Positions 1-13,912 of a stretch of 64,000 bases of DNA are shown here, piece by piece. Position 1 is the first letter of the stretch, and each line of letters begins with the position of its first letter. The stretch is from Alloascoidea hylecoeti (taxonomy: Eukaryota): NCBI GenBank assembly GCA_001600815.1, contig BCKZ01000004.1:310001-374000 (forward strand). The letters run 5' to 3'. The position numbers and the translations under genes were made by a program. The notes beneath the pieces were generated by a model, which did no database searches, was not told the origin of the DNA, and was given only the letters and a program-made list of their open reading frames with translations.

Positions 1-142
1 GGGAAGTAGTTGGAGAGGGTAATATGGGCGTACATGTTGTAGACGTTTGCTCGGAGACATTAGAAATGTCGGTGATCTCATTTGCAGGAAGAGCATGCGA
101 AGCATTCTTCACCAATGGAGAATGCACGGGAAGAGTTGACAT
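1..142 (-). CDS. 5' end of an unidentified Ser/Thr/Pro-rich protein running off the window
   Basis: ATG at 142 followed by 47 open codons to the window edge (MSTLPVHSPLVKNASHALPANEITDISNVSEQTSTTCTPILPSPTTS); pyrimidine-rich leader upstream on the minus strand. Confidence 0.55.
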   Translation of the reverse strand, partial: MSTLPVHSPLVKNASHALPANEITDISNVSEQTSTTCTPILPSPTTS

Positions 143-740
143 TATAAGACACAGCGAGACGAACGAGGTCTATGGGAACAGAGAAAGAGTCTGGTGAAGT
201 GATTGTTTTGTGAAGAGGAAGGAAAGAAAGGAGGAGAAAAGTAAAAGCAGTCTAGAGTACCAGTGGTATTTTGACTTGGATCTTGCAATTGCAAATTCTC
301 GTTACTAGTGATATGTATCTAATATGCAGACACAGGTTTTTTTGAGTCGCTCAACGACTTTGAAAAGAACCTAACCATATTTTATTATCATTATTTATTT
401 ATGATTTTTATCATGTGCTCTGGTATCGCGAGGATTGTTAACGTTACAGTTGACTGTCGTAGTATTCTCGTTAGAAGTATGAGACAAATGTCGTCCATTC
501 CAATGCATTAATATTAGTACCGGAGTGAGTCCGACTAAAATTAGCTTGAACCTCGAGGTTTCTCATCCCAAAACTCCCCCAATCCTATTACACTTGGATG
601 AACCCGTAGAGGTCACCCATAACTGAGGGATCTACCGTCCAGTCGGTCATTCCCTTGCGTCACATATCCGGGTAGCCACATCCGGGTAGCGTTGTGCTGT
701 GTAAGATATGTGGATCAGACACCCACGTGCACCATATCTA

Positions 741-1470
741 TAGATCCAAGATTATTGAAAATGAAGGCCATTCAGGATTCAATTTGTTACAGATAAGGAA
801 ACTACAATCATTTATTTACGACTATGCTACTAAAGTACTCGATCCCAGAAACAATTATCCTATCAAAAAGATATCCCTTCCAATAAAATATTTTATCGAT
901 GATTACCCAAATTGAAAAATTCAAATACTGTACTTTCTAGATTATTTCCTCAAAACATTGTTATTTGGTGTATGTATCGCTTTAGAGAAATTAACATAAT
1001 CCAGTATGGAGAAATCGCCTTGCTTATTACTGAACTGTATGTTGCGATGCCTCAAGCTGCTGGCAAGCTGCTGACTAGAAATCTAAATCTTACATCTAAA
1101 ATTATGTTAGGAACATTCACTTGAAATTCTATAATTCGAAGCATCAGAAATTGAAGCATGTCAATTGAATCATTGGAAAATTATGTGTCTTTGGTTGGTA
1201 ATGATATAAGATTTTTTAGATGAGTCCCTTGCAAAATAACAAGAAAGTAATTCTATTTGATTATAACTCAATTCCATAATTGCAAATCAGCCTAGTTTAC
1301 ATTGAGTAATTGAAAAGAAACAACCTCAAGCTCCTCAATAATAACAAAATGAATTTGAAAGAAGATTGCCTTCCGCAGAAGGAATGATAAAAGTTTATAA
1401 TTTCCTATGCATCTTTTGACAACGGCTGTACGCTCGACCTTTACAATACCAAAAGTTATTGATAGATTGA
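741..1470 (+). pseudogene. Degenerate partial duplicate of UFD2
   Basis: Colinear matches to UFD2 4601-5579: TKVLDPRNNYPIKKISLPIK vs TRVIDPENKHPQKKVSLPIK; LDESLAK*QE vs LDESLAKLQE; tttacaataccaaaagttattgatagattg vs ttttcaataccagaaattgttgatagattg; many stops and frameshifts. Confidence 0.85.
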
Positions 1471-2700
1471 AAAATGATCCAATCTAACTTATTGGCTTTC
1501 TGTGCCTTCTATTATATGAATTAGATGCAGTTAATATTAATAAAATGATATTAACCAACATAACGTAGGGTTTGTATGATTTGATAGATTGAGCGTACAT
1601 ACAACTTAAATGGAGAGGGATTTATGTTCTATTAAAAGAGTTTATTTTTCCTAAAATTAAGTAAAAATATTTTTTCTAAACAGTGGAGTTTCTAACTACA
1701 TGTAATACATAACTATTTATATGTCTACGAGAATGTTGTTGTTATGTGCCATCATCAATACAAGGTTACGAATATTAACAAAATAATCATCTTTATGTTC
1801 AAGTTCTCCTCCCTCTATTTTTACCCATTAAAAGCAATTTCAATTGACTTTATATTTTTATAGGTAAGTAGCCTTATATCCATCAGTTCCATTAAATTCT
1901 CCACTATTGTTTATAATATAAACGTGATAAATCTCAAGACAGGTTAAGTATAAGATGCCATTCTTTCAGCATAAGTATTTCTCATGATCAAGACTCTTTT
2001 TAATTTATCTTATATAATCTATGAACTTTGTTATCACAATGATTTACTCCCTGAATCTTCTTTCATCTTGAACTGCAAGATGGAAACCATCCAGAAGTAG
2101 CATATTAGCTAATTTATATAATTAGACATCCCCCACATCTTAATCTTTTGTTACTCAACCTTAATTAATATACATTTTTGTACTTAAAATCAAAAATTCA
2201 ACTTTATAATTAGGATCTGAGAATATTTATATACTTGTTAATTTTGTGATAGAATTGAATTGGATTTAAAGGTTTTCTTGATTGTCAAGATCACTCTTTT
2301 TCTAACAATCCTATCTATGTTATCTAACTTTAAATTATCCTTTCTATAGTTCTTTTCTAAGCTTTACCCTTGTATGATGATCATTTAACATAACCACTCT
2401 ATATTAGATGATGTTGATCATAATAAAATTGAACCACTAAATTGTGAAAAATTAGATCTATATGGTACCTAAAAATGTAGGGTCTACCTTTCTTCATCTA
2501 ACAAACCCACACACACTTAACACCTTGATCATTTGAACTGTATAATTCTTTCCTATTTTGTAATAAATCCTTAATTTAGTTTCTGTATTCTTTCTACAAG
2601 TAAGTATAAGCAATTGTCATTCCAATGCAATGACCTTAATAATGATTCTAGGAAGCAAAATGCACTATCCGAAAATAGATACGACTAGAAATCTATAACA

Positions 2701-2708
2701 TCACGTGA
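2701..2708. promoter_or_regulatory. TCACGTGA E-box (Cbf1/bHLH-type) upstream of UFD2
   Basis: Exact palindrome about 75 nt before the ATG; similar sites at 15971, 21881, 40396 and 43005, each just upstream of a gene. Confidence 0.5.
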
Positions 2709-2780
2709 ATATATCTTAGAGCTACATAACCTCCAAACATTGATCCTCTGTTCCTCTTCTACATTCACCGTATATCCACC

Positions 2781-5700
2781 ATGTCTAGTACGGCCGAAGA
2801 AGCAAACTTGGTATGAACTTTGCTTTTTGGTATAAGGCTTTTGATTTTGATTTTGAATCTATCTTAACATACTACTTTTATTCAGATCAGACAAAAACGT
2901 TTAGAGAAGTTAAGTAGACTTCAATCATCTCAACAGCCATCTGAAGAGACAAATGTTGAGAAGAAGCCAAAAATAAGTCGCAATGACTCTCCTCATTTAA
3001 CCCCTCAACCAGTACCACGTGGATCAACCTCGACCCAGAATATTCTTGAAAAGACACCTGTTCCTGTCAAAGAGGTTCCTCCTGCAACGAAACAACCGAA
3101 GCAACCCCTAATAAAAGCGGAGGATCTGGGAATATGGACCAATAACACCCTACAAAAGGTTCTAAAAGCAACTATTAACGTATGTTATCATCTAACTTTT
3201 CATGAGCTGTTGAATATTTTTACTCATATCAATATTATAATATAGCCCATGAATGAAGACTCAAATATACTATTTCTAGAAGAGTTGTACGAAGATAACG
3301 GTAAGTATTGATCATTATTTTTGTATTTTCATCAAGTTCTTTTCTAACTCGCATATGAATATCAAGGACCAACTACATTATCCGAGGATAACCTAGATGA
3401 TATTTTCATGAATGCTATTATGAATAATGACAGTAATCACCCTCAACCTTACAACTACTTATTCTCCTGTTGGGATCGAGCAACTAAGGAAAAATATTAT
3501 ACAAAGCAAAAAGATCCATTAAGAAATGAAAAAATAAATCTTTTGAATAAAACTGCCAAACTTGCTTCAAGTTTTGCTTTATTATGCTTCACAGAAACCA
3601 GTTTTGATATTCCAATTGATCCAATTGTTTCTAGAATAGCTCAGAGAATGGACGTCCAAATTGATTTTTTAATTGAAATTCTCAATAGGGCAGAAGAACA
3701 AGAGATAATTTTATATTTTCTCAATACACTACTGCCAATTATATCAAATTTAATGAAAAATATTTCTGAATATAGAGATGCGATTCCTTATCTTACTATT
3801 TTGCAAGTTTTAATTAAAAAGAAGGCTGTTGCTGCTGTTTTCACTCAAATTAATGGCTTTTTTCTTGATTCCCCACTTGCTCCTGCGTTTGAAGTAGATA
3901 CGATCTTGGGTCCGTTTTACGCTATATCTCCTCTTAAAGACACAACAGCTGTCAAACAATATAATAGGGATGTTGTAGAACCTACTCAAAAAATGATCGG
4001 CGATGTCTCTAGATCACTACAATTGGAACATAACTTAATAATACAAACATTATTTGATGTGACAAACCAAATTATTAGAGGATCTGCAAGATCAAGACAA
4101 GATATGATTAAATATTTTGCAATCATTGTAAATTCAAACAAAAAAAGAAGAGCGATGCAATCTAAACCAGAAGAAATATCTTCAGATGCGTTTATGGTAA
4201 ATATTACAGTTATTCTATCTCAATTATGTTCTCCATTTTTGGATATAGCTTACAAAAAAATAGATAAAATAGATTTGGATTTTTTTAAGCACTCGAGACT
4301 TTTAGATATTGATGAGGAAACTAAATTATTCTCTGATAACAAAATCGCAGATGAATATTTTGGGACAAAAAATAATAAATCTCTTGTTACATCAACTCCT
4401 TCAGATGATTCAAATTTTATTTCTAATATCTTTTATCTTACGGTTGCCTATCATCATTTTGGTTTAGGAGGTTTGTTTCAACACGAAGAAAAGTTAAAGA
4501 AAGAAATAAAAGAACTTGAGTCCAGAATTAAGCAAGCAGAAACACTTACTGGCAATTCCAATGCATCGTACCAAACACGACTCATTATAGCCATGCTTCC
4601 TAGATTCAAGATTGCTAAAAATAGAGCAAAATCTATTCAAGATTCAATTATGTCATTTGTTACAAATGATCAACTACAACCATTACTTTTTGACTTTGTG
4701 TTGGGATTATCTACCTTTATGACGAGGGTAATTGATCCCGAAAACAAACATCCCCAGAAAAAAGTATCACTTCCAATAAAAGATGCGGTTAATGACACTA
4801 GAATTGAGAGATTCAAGTATTTTCCAGAATATTTCCTTGAAATTGTCTCTGGTTATTGTATATACGTATCGAGATTTCAAAATAATCCAGTATACCGGAA
4901 TCTACGACTTGATATAATTACCGAATTTTCTGTTTCGATGCTTCGAACTGCCGAAATGATTAGAAATCCGTATCTTAAATCTAAAATTGTTGAATTTCTT
5001 TTCATTGGAAGTTTGGAAACAAGAGATGGAGCTCCTGGATTTATGTTGACCATTTATGATACAAATGATTTATGTTTAAATCATTTATTACATGCTCTTA
5101 TTGAATTTTACACTCAGGTTGAACAAACCGGAGCTTCTTCACAATTTTATGATAAATTCAACATTCGTTATCATATTTCTGAAATTTTGGATAAATTATG
5201 GCATAACCAATATTATCGAAACTTACTTGAAAAGGAAAGTAAAGAGGATGTCGATTTTTTTGTTAAATTTGTTGCTTTGATGCTTAATGATACAACTTAT
5301 TTGTTAGACGAATCTCTTGCAAAATTACAAGAAATTCACTCTACTCAATCCGAGCTCGATGCACATGCCAAAAATCCATCTGATATTCCTGAACCAGCTG
5401 AGGGTGAGCAGCCTCAAACTCCCCAGGAAAGACAACAGGAACTTGAAGGAAGATTGCAATCCGCAGAAAGGATGGCTACATCCTATGTTGCACTAGCAAA
5501 TAAAACAGTAGCTCTTTTAGGTCTCTTCACTGATGCTGTTCCTGCGGCCTTTTCAATACCAGAAATTGTTGATAGATTGGCAGCCATGTTAGATTATAAC
5601 CTGACTGCTTTAGTTGGTCCTAAATGTCGTGATTTAAAAGTACGGGATCCAAGTAAGTATCAATTTGATCCGAAAGAACTTCTACGTAAAATTTGCACTG

Positions 5701-6212
5701 TTTACATTCATCTTTCCTTACAGAATGATTTTGTGAAGGCAATTGCAAGGGATGGTCGATCCTATAATGCTCATATTTTTGTTAGAGCAATCGATATCTC
5801 TAAACGTCATGGATTATTACCTATCGATGATATTCATAAACTTGAAACTTTTGCCAAAAAAGCCGAAGAGGCTAAAATATCAGAAGACGAAGGTGAAATG
5901 GAACTTGGAGAAATACCCGATGAATTCCTTGATCCTTTAATGTATACACTTATGGAAAATCCAGTTGTTTTACCAGGTTCTAAAATCTCAATTGATTTGA
6001 GTACTATTAAAACGCATTTATTGAGTGATCCCACTGATCCTTTTAATAGAATGCCGTTAAAGTTGGAAGATGTTACTCCTGATTTGGAATTAAAAGAAAA
6101 AATCAATGTCTTTATCAAGGAAAAGAAAGAGGAAGCGAGACAAAAGAGAATTCAAGAATTACATAAACCAATTGAGGGGGAAACTAGCGATGTAGAGATG
6201 GCTGATTCATAA
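2781..6212 (+). CDS. UFD2: Ubiquitin chain elongation factor E4 (U-box), 4 exons
   Basis: Exons 2781-2810, 2886-3179, 3246-3300, 3367-6212 join in frame via GT..AG introns; Ufd2 core motifs (QFYDKFNIRY) and C-terminal U-box (IPDEFLDPLMYTLM...DPFNRMPL). Confidence 0.95.
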
Positions 6213-6430
6213 GTATATAAATTAAACTAATATATCATCAGACTACTATTACTTAATAATGACTGTTTTACCTGCAATTTTTCTTCAGTAAAACCTGTTT
6301 GTTACACTAATTAGGAAAGGGGCTTCAATTATAAATATATAATGATGAATAATACATAAACCGTTACATATAGAGTGTATAAGTATTGAAAAAAATGTTC
6401 CGCATGTTATTCACAGATCATATATCGTAT

Positions 6431-7001
6431 TTAAGCTTTGATGGCATACTTTCTTTGTGGGAAAGCAATGTTCTTCTTTTGTTGTTTGACAGTAATGGCA
6501 GATGCTTCATCTTTTGATAAACGACGTCTGATTGCTCTTGTCTTTTTAGCTCTCAAATCCTTTGGTAAATATTTGGAACCATTCTTAGCATATAATTGAC
6601 GAACAGCCTCACGTTGTTGCAAGTTGATAATGGTTAAAACACGGGCAATGTTTTTACGGACTGTGTGGATCTTTGGAAGGGATGGTTTGGTGAGTTTTTG
6701 AACTCTAAGAGCTGCAAGTTCCTTCTTGAGTTCGACAAGTTCTTCTTCAAGATCTTTCTTTGATTTCTGTCGGAGTTCGTATGCTTTAAGACCGGCCTAT
6801 TTATTCAGTTAGATATTGCACATTAACTTCCATATCTTGAGTCTCTAAACAATCACTTGAAGAGATAATGCCAATGAAACCAGATTTGGGTATCGGTTGT
6901 AAATATTAAAATTCAGCAAACTATTTTCGTTTCCAGGTATTATTTTTCCTGGCTACCTCCTCAAAAAGCTAGCCTCTCCCGTAGAAATTATAACATACCA
7001 T
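6431..7001 (-). CDS. RPL35: 60S ribosomal protein uL29/L35, ATG-only first exon
   Basis: ATG 7001-6999, intron 6998-6797 (GTATGT..CTAAC..TAG), exon 2 [13 protein letters not shown]...[19 protein letters not shown]...[10 protein letters not shown]. Confidence 0.95.
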
Positions 7002-7080
7002 TTCTGATGGATTTGAATTAATGAACTGTTAAATGTTACGATGAAAAGTATACTAATCAAAAAGTTTGGGAAGGTTATAC

Positions 7081-7185
7081 TCCGGGTAACGACTTGCCAC
7101 TCTTTTGGTTGTAGATGTTAGTACTGAAAATTACGCATTACCATATTTATTGTGACTGTTGATATTTGAATCGGGTTTAGCCCTA
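7081..7185. promoter_or_regulatory. RPL35 promoter: Reb1-type site, Homol-D box, TAGGGCTA element
   Basis: TCCGGGTAAC 7081-7090; TGTGACTG 7151-7158; TAGCCCTA 7178-7185. Confidence 0.6.
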
Positions 7186-7453
7186 CCTTTATGACACCAT
7201 CCTTCAAAATGAGACAATTTATTATAATTAATTATAGAATTCTTACGATAATAGATATTTATACAATCATTATAAACCAAACAATAAAATTTATATTCTT
7301 AATATTATTAATCAATTAAAAAGTGCTGTAATTGATAATTTATAGTATATAACTGTATTCTGCCGAAACATTCACCGCATCTCCATGTGTATGAATCTAA
7401 TTACAATCTAGAAGAAGTATTTGATTCATCATACATTTTATAAAGCAATCAAT

Positions 7454-8447
<994 letters not shown>

Positions 8448-8690
8448 AATAATTGTTCTTAGTTCTTAATATACCTTGCTATTGTGAAAATCTGTCGATT
8501 AGATGAGTTTCAGCACGATAAGATAAAGGAAGATGTTAATTATAAGTGAAAAAAAGAGCGAAGATTCCAGTAATCGACTAAGAATGACCGATCCGCCCGA
8601 TTGCCACACGGGGCCAATATCAGCTGTCATTTTGTGGGCGCAAAAACAACCGGGTCAAATGGCGACCCGAAAGCAACCGTCGGGGCGTAT

Positions 8691-8700
8691 GTTACCCGGA
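8691..8700. promoter_or_regulatory. Reb1-type site GTTACCCGGA (ARF1 promoter)
   Basis: Matches TTACCCGG; the same motif is at 7081, 10151 and 47574 (core only at 18409), each in a promoter. Confidence 0.6.
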
Positions 8701-8909
8701 CATATTTGATATAGCAACACGACACCTGGCATTTAATCTAAATTTATTTTCTTGATGTGAGCTGAAATTATTTAAAATCTATTTCTACAACAAGTTTAAT
8801 TAGCAAAAAAATTTAAACTCTATAACAATATAATTATAATTAGTAGATATACCCACAGGAAGCTAACTTATATATGTGATTAAGTAGATGTTAATGTATT
8901 TTTACATTT

Positions 8910-9848
8910 TTACTTCCCAACATTAATCTTACACCTAGAATACGTTTGTAAACCGTGAATGAAGACAAGATAAGTAACTTCATTGTTGTCAGGTTCACAG
9001 TAAATTTCACATAAGCGGATATGCCAAGGCGGGAACCCCTCAAGATCCAATTTAGGTCCAAAAGTTATCAAAAGATCTGGTTCTTCCATAACCAAGGTCT
9101 TTAATTCGTTATCAATTATAGGTATGTTCACATCTTTAGGATTCAAGTCACCAGAAACGGCCATATCTGCCAACGTTTTTGTCAGGTCAATAATAGTTTC
9201 TCTACCATCTTCTAAAGATATTAAATTGATAATAATATTAATTTTCTTCTTCTCGTTTGCTGTCATAGAGATAGAATAATGAGGAATATGGAGCTTATAG
9301 TTTGGCATGTCTTTTTTCCCATGGTATGATTCCAATCTTTTTCCTACAACTTTAAACGTTTCTTTATAATATTTTTTAAGAATTCCAGATTTTTCATAAA
9401 CTGTTAAATAGGAAATGCCACCACCAAGACACCAGGCCGCGATTTCACCCACATGATCCATTAGACCATCCAGACCACCGTCTTCTTCATTTTCTTTGAT
9501 ATCCAGTATCACAGCCACTCTTTTCGGCACTTTTTCTAAATCTGCCACATCACCGTGTATTAACTGTGGCGTTCTATTATGGTGATATAATAATCTATTG
9601 AAATGACGAATAATCTGATGATAGTTATAAAGGACAAGACTCTGGAGCCAAATAAACAGGTATATAAACACGAGGATGGAGTGATAAACATAGTAAGTGC
9701 CCGTTGAACTTTTTGGTGCCTTTTTCCGTAAAGACCTCGTTATGACAGCAACAGAATTTGTATCACTTTTTGATTTTTGCATTTTGAATTTGCCGGCGCT
9801 TGATATATCATTAGAAATGACTTGAGAATTTTTAGTTGACGATGTCAT
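8910..9848 (-). CDS. NUS1: Dehydrodolichyl diphosphate synthase subunit (NgBR-like)
   Basis: N-terminal TM segment, EPDLLITFGP..LEGFPPWHIRLCEI, C-terminal INVGK. Confidence 0.93.
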   Translation of the reverse strand: MTSSTKNSQVISNDISSAGKFKMQKSKSDTNSVAVITRSLRKKAPKSSTGTYYVYHSILVFIYLFIWLQSLVLYNYHQIIRHFNRLLYHHNRTPQLIHGDVADLEKVPKRVAVILDIKENEEDGGLDGLMDHVGEIAAWCLGGGISYLTVYEKSGILKKYYKETFKVVGKRLESYHGKKDMPNYKLHIPHYSISMTANEKKKINIIINLISLEDGRETIIDLTKTLADMAVSGDLNPKDVNIPIIDNELKTLVMEEPDLLITFGPKLDLEGFPPWHIRLCEIYCEPDNNEVTYLVFIHGLQTYSRCKINVGK

Positions 9849-10311
9849 TTCAATTACTAATTATTCGCACAGTTTACTATATTGGAATGTTAGAATAAAT
9901 CAAGGTTACTGTATCAGTTAGAGACAATCACACACGGATTGTGATGACATACCTTAATGTGAATCGGAATCAAAACATCAATTATGAAACCAGAAAATAG
10001 ACAAGTGGTTAACGATATTTCCGAGAAAAATAACACCTGAATATTTAAATATTTGAATATATTTTCTATTAAGAGGCTTGGAAGAAAGGAGAAGATGAAA
10101 ATGGAGAAGATAATTTCAGAGCTTAACAAATTGTTTAAATGGTTGTCCATTTACCCGGCCTCTAACTTGGACAAAATAAGATATCTTCCGTTGTCCGTGG
10201 CAACGCCAATTAAGCTCAAATAGGAAATGTGTATACACATCGGGTTATATAAAAGAAAAGCTTCTCTTCTCTTTCAAACATTTATAATTTATTCATCACC
10301 TTCACATCACC

Positions 10312-10726
10312 ATGTCTGTTACTACTACAACTACATCCACTGGTTCAAGTAATGCCGTCCAACCTTTACATCACAGCTTAAAAGCAACTTCTTCAGGAGG
10401 TCTTCAAAAAAGATTGTTCCAAAAAAGCAATTTTAAAATGTAAGTTTTATTTCTTCATCTTATCATTTCATTAATTAAGAACTATAACTGATACTTAATT
10501 AAACAGGCAAATGACTTCTCCAACAGATAATATAATGTCTCCTTGTTCTCAAAAGCTTAATGCTCATAAAAACAGAGTTTTTCAAAATTTAAAGTATGTG
10601 CTATCAATTTTGATCTAACTATTTTTACATCTTCGATCTAACACACCTTCTAGAACTAAACCAAGAACCCAACTTGATTTCGGTAAATTCACGACAACAG
10701 CCTCTACTACATCTTCATCAAATTAA
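10312..10726 (+). CDS. SPO12: Spo12-family small protein, 3 exons (absent from the ORF track)
   Basis: Exons 10312-10439, 10507-10593, 10654-10726; signature SPTDNIMSPCSQKLNAHK; adjacent to PHB2, as the Spo12 paralogue BNS1 is in S. cerevisiae. Confidence 0.85.
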
Positions 10727-11068
10727 AAAGTTTCAGTTTTAAAATCAATTAAAATGATCGTGATTTTTCTTTACCCCAATTGTCTTTATTTTCTTGTACC
10801 CATGGATTTACACTTTTCTTTATAACTAACTAGCTATAGTAGCTTATTTGTTATTACTTTGTATTTTTTTTTTTTTGTTTGTTTCGCTGTATAAATAAAG
10901 GTTTAGGATTTAATAATATGGTTAGAATATATATGTTTTATTGAATATATATTGAAGTTCTCAACTTAACTATTTTTTAAGAAGATTTAATTTATATACA
11001 AAAACCATAAAGTACTCTTTCAAATCAGCCAAGGTATATACATATAAAAGTAATATTGAAGTCTTTCT

Positions 11069-11995
11069 TTATTTCTTTGAAATACTTCTTGAATCTGCAG
11101 TTGTATCAAGTAATAATGATTCATTGGATAACAATAATCTATTTGGAGAACGAGAAAGAATTGTGGCAATTTCTCTAGCAGTATCCAATCTCTTCAATTC
11201 AACGTAATCCTTAGATTTCTTAATAGCTTCACCAATCAATTCAGCAGATCTAGCCTCACCTTGTGCTTTCACAATCATTCCTTGCTTCTCTTGTCTAGCT
11301 TTGTCAACAACAAAAGCAGCTCTTTGTGCTTCTTGTTGAGCAATTTGTTTAGCTTCAACAGCTTGTGTGAATTCAGGACTAAAAGTCATAACAGTAATCG
11401 AAACATCATCAAGTAAAATATCAAATTTAGATGAACGTCGGATAAGATTTTCTTTTACAAGTCGACTAACCTTTTCACGCTGAGTGATTAACTGAGCAGC
11501 ATTGAATTGAGCAACAACTGATTTCAAAACTTCATTGACAATAGAAGGTAAAATTCTTTCATCGTAATCAACTCCTAAAGTTCTATAAATTGTTGGAAGT
11601 GCAGTAACACTTGGTCTTGATAATACTCTGCAGGTAATATTAACCATTTGTAAATCTTTAGTTCCTGTTAAAGAAGCAATATTGCGAGGTTTAGCACGGA
11701 CATCGTAAATTATAGGAGTCTGTAACCAAGGAATGACGAGATGGGTTCCTTCTGGGTAGATTTTGGATTGGACACCACCAATTCGGCTATACAAAATAGC
11801 ACGATGACCACCATCAACGTTGAATAGAGCAGAATTGAAGGCATAAGCACCTAAAGCGAGTACAGTGAAACCAAGAATACCACCGATGGCTGCTGTTGGT
11901 GATCCACGAGGACCACCACCGTTGAACGATCCTTTCAACTTTCCGGTGTCTAGAGAAGCTCGAAACTTCTTCCATTGATCTTGTGGATTGGACAT
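11069..11995 (-). CDS. PHB2: Prohibitin 2
   Basis: SPFH domain (LFNVDGGHRAI, TGTKDLQMVNITCRVL, AVEAKQIAQQEAQRA). Confidence 0.96.
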   Translation of the reverse strand: MSNPQDQWKKFRASLDTGKLKGSFNGGGPRGSPTAAIGGILGFTVLALGAYAFNSALFNVDGGHRAILYSRIGGVQSKIYPEGTHLVIPWLQTPIIYDVRAKPRNIASLTGTKDLQMVNITCRVLSRPSVTALPTIYRTLGVDYDERILPSIVNEVLKSVVAQFNAAQLITQREKVSRLVKENLIRRSSKFDILLDDVSITVMTFSPEFTQAVEAKQIAQQEAQRAAFVVDKARQEKQGMIVKAQGEARSAELIGEAIKKSKDYVELKRLDTAREIATILSRSPNRLLLSNESLLLDTTADSRSISKK

Positions 11996-12130
11996 TTTTA
12001 AAAGTTTATGATTGATTATTGATGCGAGATCTATGGTTGGCCACCAAAAAAAAGTGCTCCTTTCATTTATGGTGTCTGGATGTTTGGGGAAGCATCAAAC
12101 CTCCACATTAACATCACTATATCTATAGCT

Positions 12131-12898
12131 ATGAACGAAGACGATAAGTCGTTTCCTTTACACGAGGCCTCCAGAGATGGTAAAGAGTTTGTGGTCAGAT
12201 CTCTACTCTCCCAAAATCCAGAACTAGTCAATGTTAAAGATCAGGATGATAGGACCGCATTATTCTGGGCTATCTCATATAACAACCCAGCCATTGTTAC
12301 GATGCTTTTGAACCCAACAAAGGTATCTATCAGTAAACCGAATACCAATTCAGAAGAGGGAAATTTCAAAAGAAGTAAGTCTGTGGCAATTGATCTAGAA
12401 GATCCTGATGCGGCCGGTTGGACACCACTTCATGTTGCCGTTTCGATTGGGAATCCGGTTGTCATTAGCTCTCTTTTTGAAGCAAATCCCAGCTTAGATG
12501 TCAATGTTCAAACTAATGCTGGACAAACTCCCCTCTTTTATGCCATTTCAAAGCAACGTTATGACGTGGCTAAGGATCTAATTATTAACCACAAAGCTTC
12601 CACAAGAATCAAAGATAAACGATGGCAATTGCCCTTACACAGAGCTGCAGCAATTGGATCATTGCCTTTATTAAAATTGCTTCTTGATGAAGGAAAATCG
12701 CCTATAAACTCAACTGATAATACAGGATATACAGCGCTACACCATGCATTAGCGGAAGGTCATGGTGATATTGCTATAGAGTTAGTTAAACGAGGCGCAG
12801 ATTTAGAGAAAAAAGATAATGATGGATTTACTCCAATCGAAGTGGTTACTGATGAAAAAGTCAAAAAGTATTTTCAATTCCATTTAAAAGAATTATAA
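12131..12898 (+). CDS. NAS6: Ankyrin-repeat 19S proteasome assembly chaperone (gankyrin/p28)
   Basis: Tandem ankyrin repeats, LPLHRAAAIGS, TALHHALAEGHGD; divergent from PHB2 as in S. cerevisiae; start set at MNEDD; PACE-like GGTGGCCAA (minus strand) at 12037-12045. Confidence 0.88.
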   Translation: MNEDDKSFPLHEASRDGKEFVVRSLLSQNPELVNVKDQDDRTALFWAISYNNPAIVTMLLNPTKVSISKPNTNSEEGNFKRSKSVAIDLEDPDAAGWTPLHVAVSIGNPVVISSLFEANPSLDVNVQTNAGQTPLFYAISKQRYDVAKDLIINHKASTRIKDKRWQLPLHRAAAIGSLPLLKLLLDEGKSPINSTDNTGYTALHHALAEGHGDIAIELVKRGADLEKKDNDGFTPIEVVTDEKVKKYFQFHLKEL

Positions 12899-13912
12899 TG
12901 AAATTTTTGAAAAAAAATAGAAATAGATAATTGTATTTGGATATATAAATAATTAACTAGAACTATTGGTGTTCTCAATTGATAATCTGTAATGATCTGA
13001 CTATATGTGCACTGTTATTGACCGAATACAAACACAATACTGCAGGATTTATTTTCCTAAAAATAGGAGAATTGTTGGAATACTGTAGCTGCTCAAACTT
13101 TAAGCAACTTACTACACTCATCCATCAATATCGGTTTTATTTGCACATGTGACACTATAAGATCTATATTTGAAAGTAACATGTAATTGTAATGTGGGTT
13201 ACAATTGCGATAATTTTTACGTATTAGTCTGGAGCTGCGTCGTATAAATAATGAAATTCCCTTTTCTTCTTCTTCATCTCTCTCTTTCATCATTGCTCCT
13301 TTTAATCGCATCCTCAATATTCATTTTTTTCAAATTGGTATAAATTGAAGCAAGAAGAAACATAATATCCAGAAATGAGCTCTTGAAAATTCAAACCAAT
13401 AATGTCAGTTGAAGTTGAAAATTTTGAATTTGAATTGTTGTTGATTATTTGGTATGACATAGATTAATAGTTAGAGTTCTATAAAATTTATATAAAGAAA
13501 AGGAAATAAGAAAAAAGGGTTAGTATATTATATAAATATGAAAGTTTGGAATCAAGATCAGAAATATTTAATATCCTTATAATAAAATCATACCGAATAT
13601 GAATACTGTATCTTAATGCATATACTCAATTGTACATGATTACAATTATAAGGTTTTGCAAAAAAATCTAGAAAAAAAGCAGGCAATTTAAAGTATAGGC
13701 TATCTATCTAACTTGCAATATTTAGTTGAATTTCAATACCAGCTGGTCTATAGCTTCATCGATCACCTCATGAATTCGAAAGCAAATGCAAATAGTAATT
13801 TTGAATAGAAAAGCATCAACAAAAAAAAAATTGTAAAAAAAATAAAACAAGTCTAGCAGGACTATTATTAAATAAAAAATAAGCAGAAAAAATCTTTAAG
13901 AACGATGCATAA

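Noticed and set aside
661..690. Tandem ATCCGGGTAGC duplication
   Set aside because: Two copies only; likely variant Reb1-type sites, not an array or CRISPR
1690..2520. Minus-strand stretch with protein-like fragments (NNSGEFNGTDGYKAT, KIEGGELEHKDDYF)
   Set aside because: Stop density is not clearly below random and no family was recognised; only a blastx could rescue it
13093..13460. Short minus-strand ORFs between NAS6 and AMA1
   Set aside because: No recognisable homology or splice pattern
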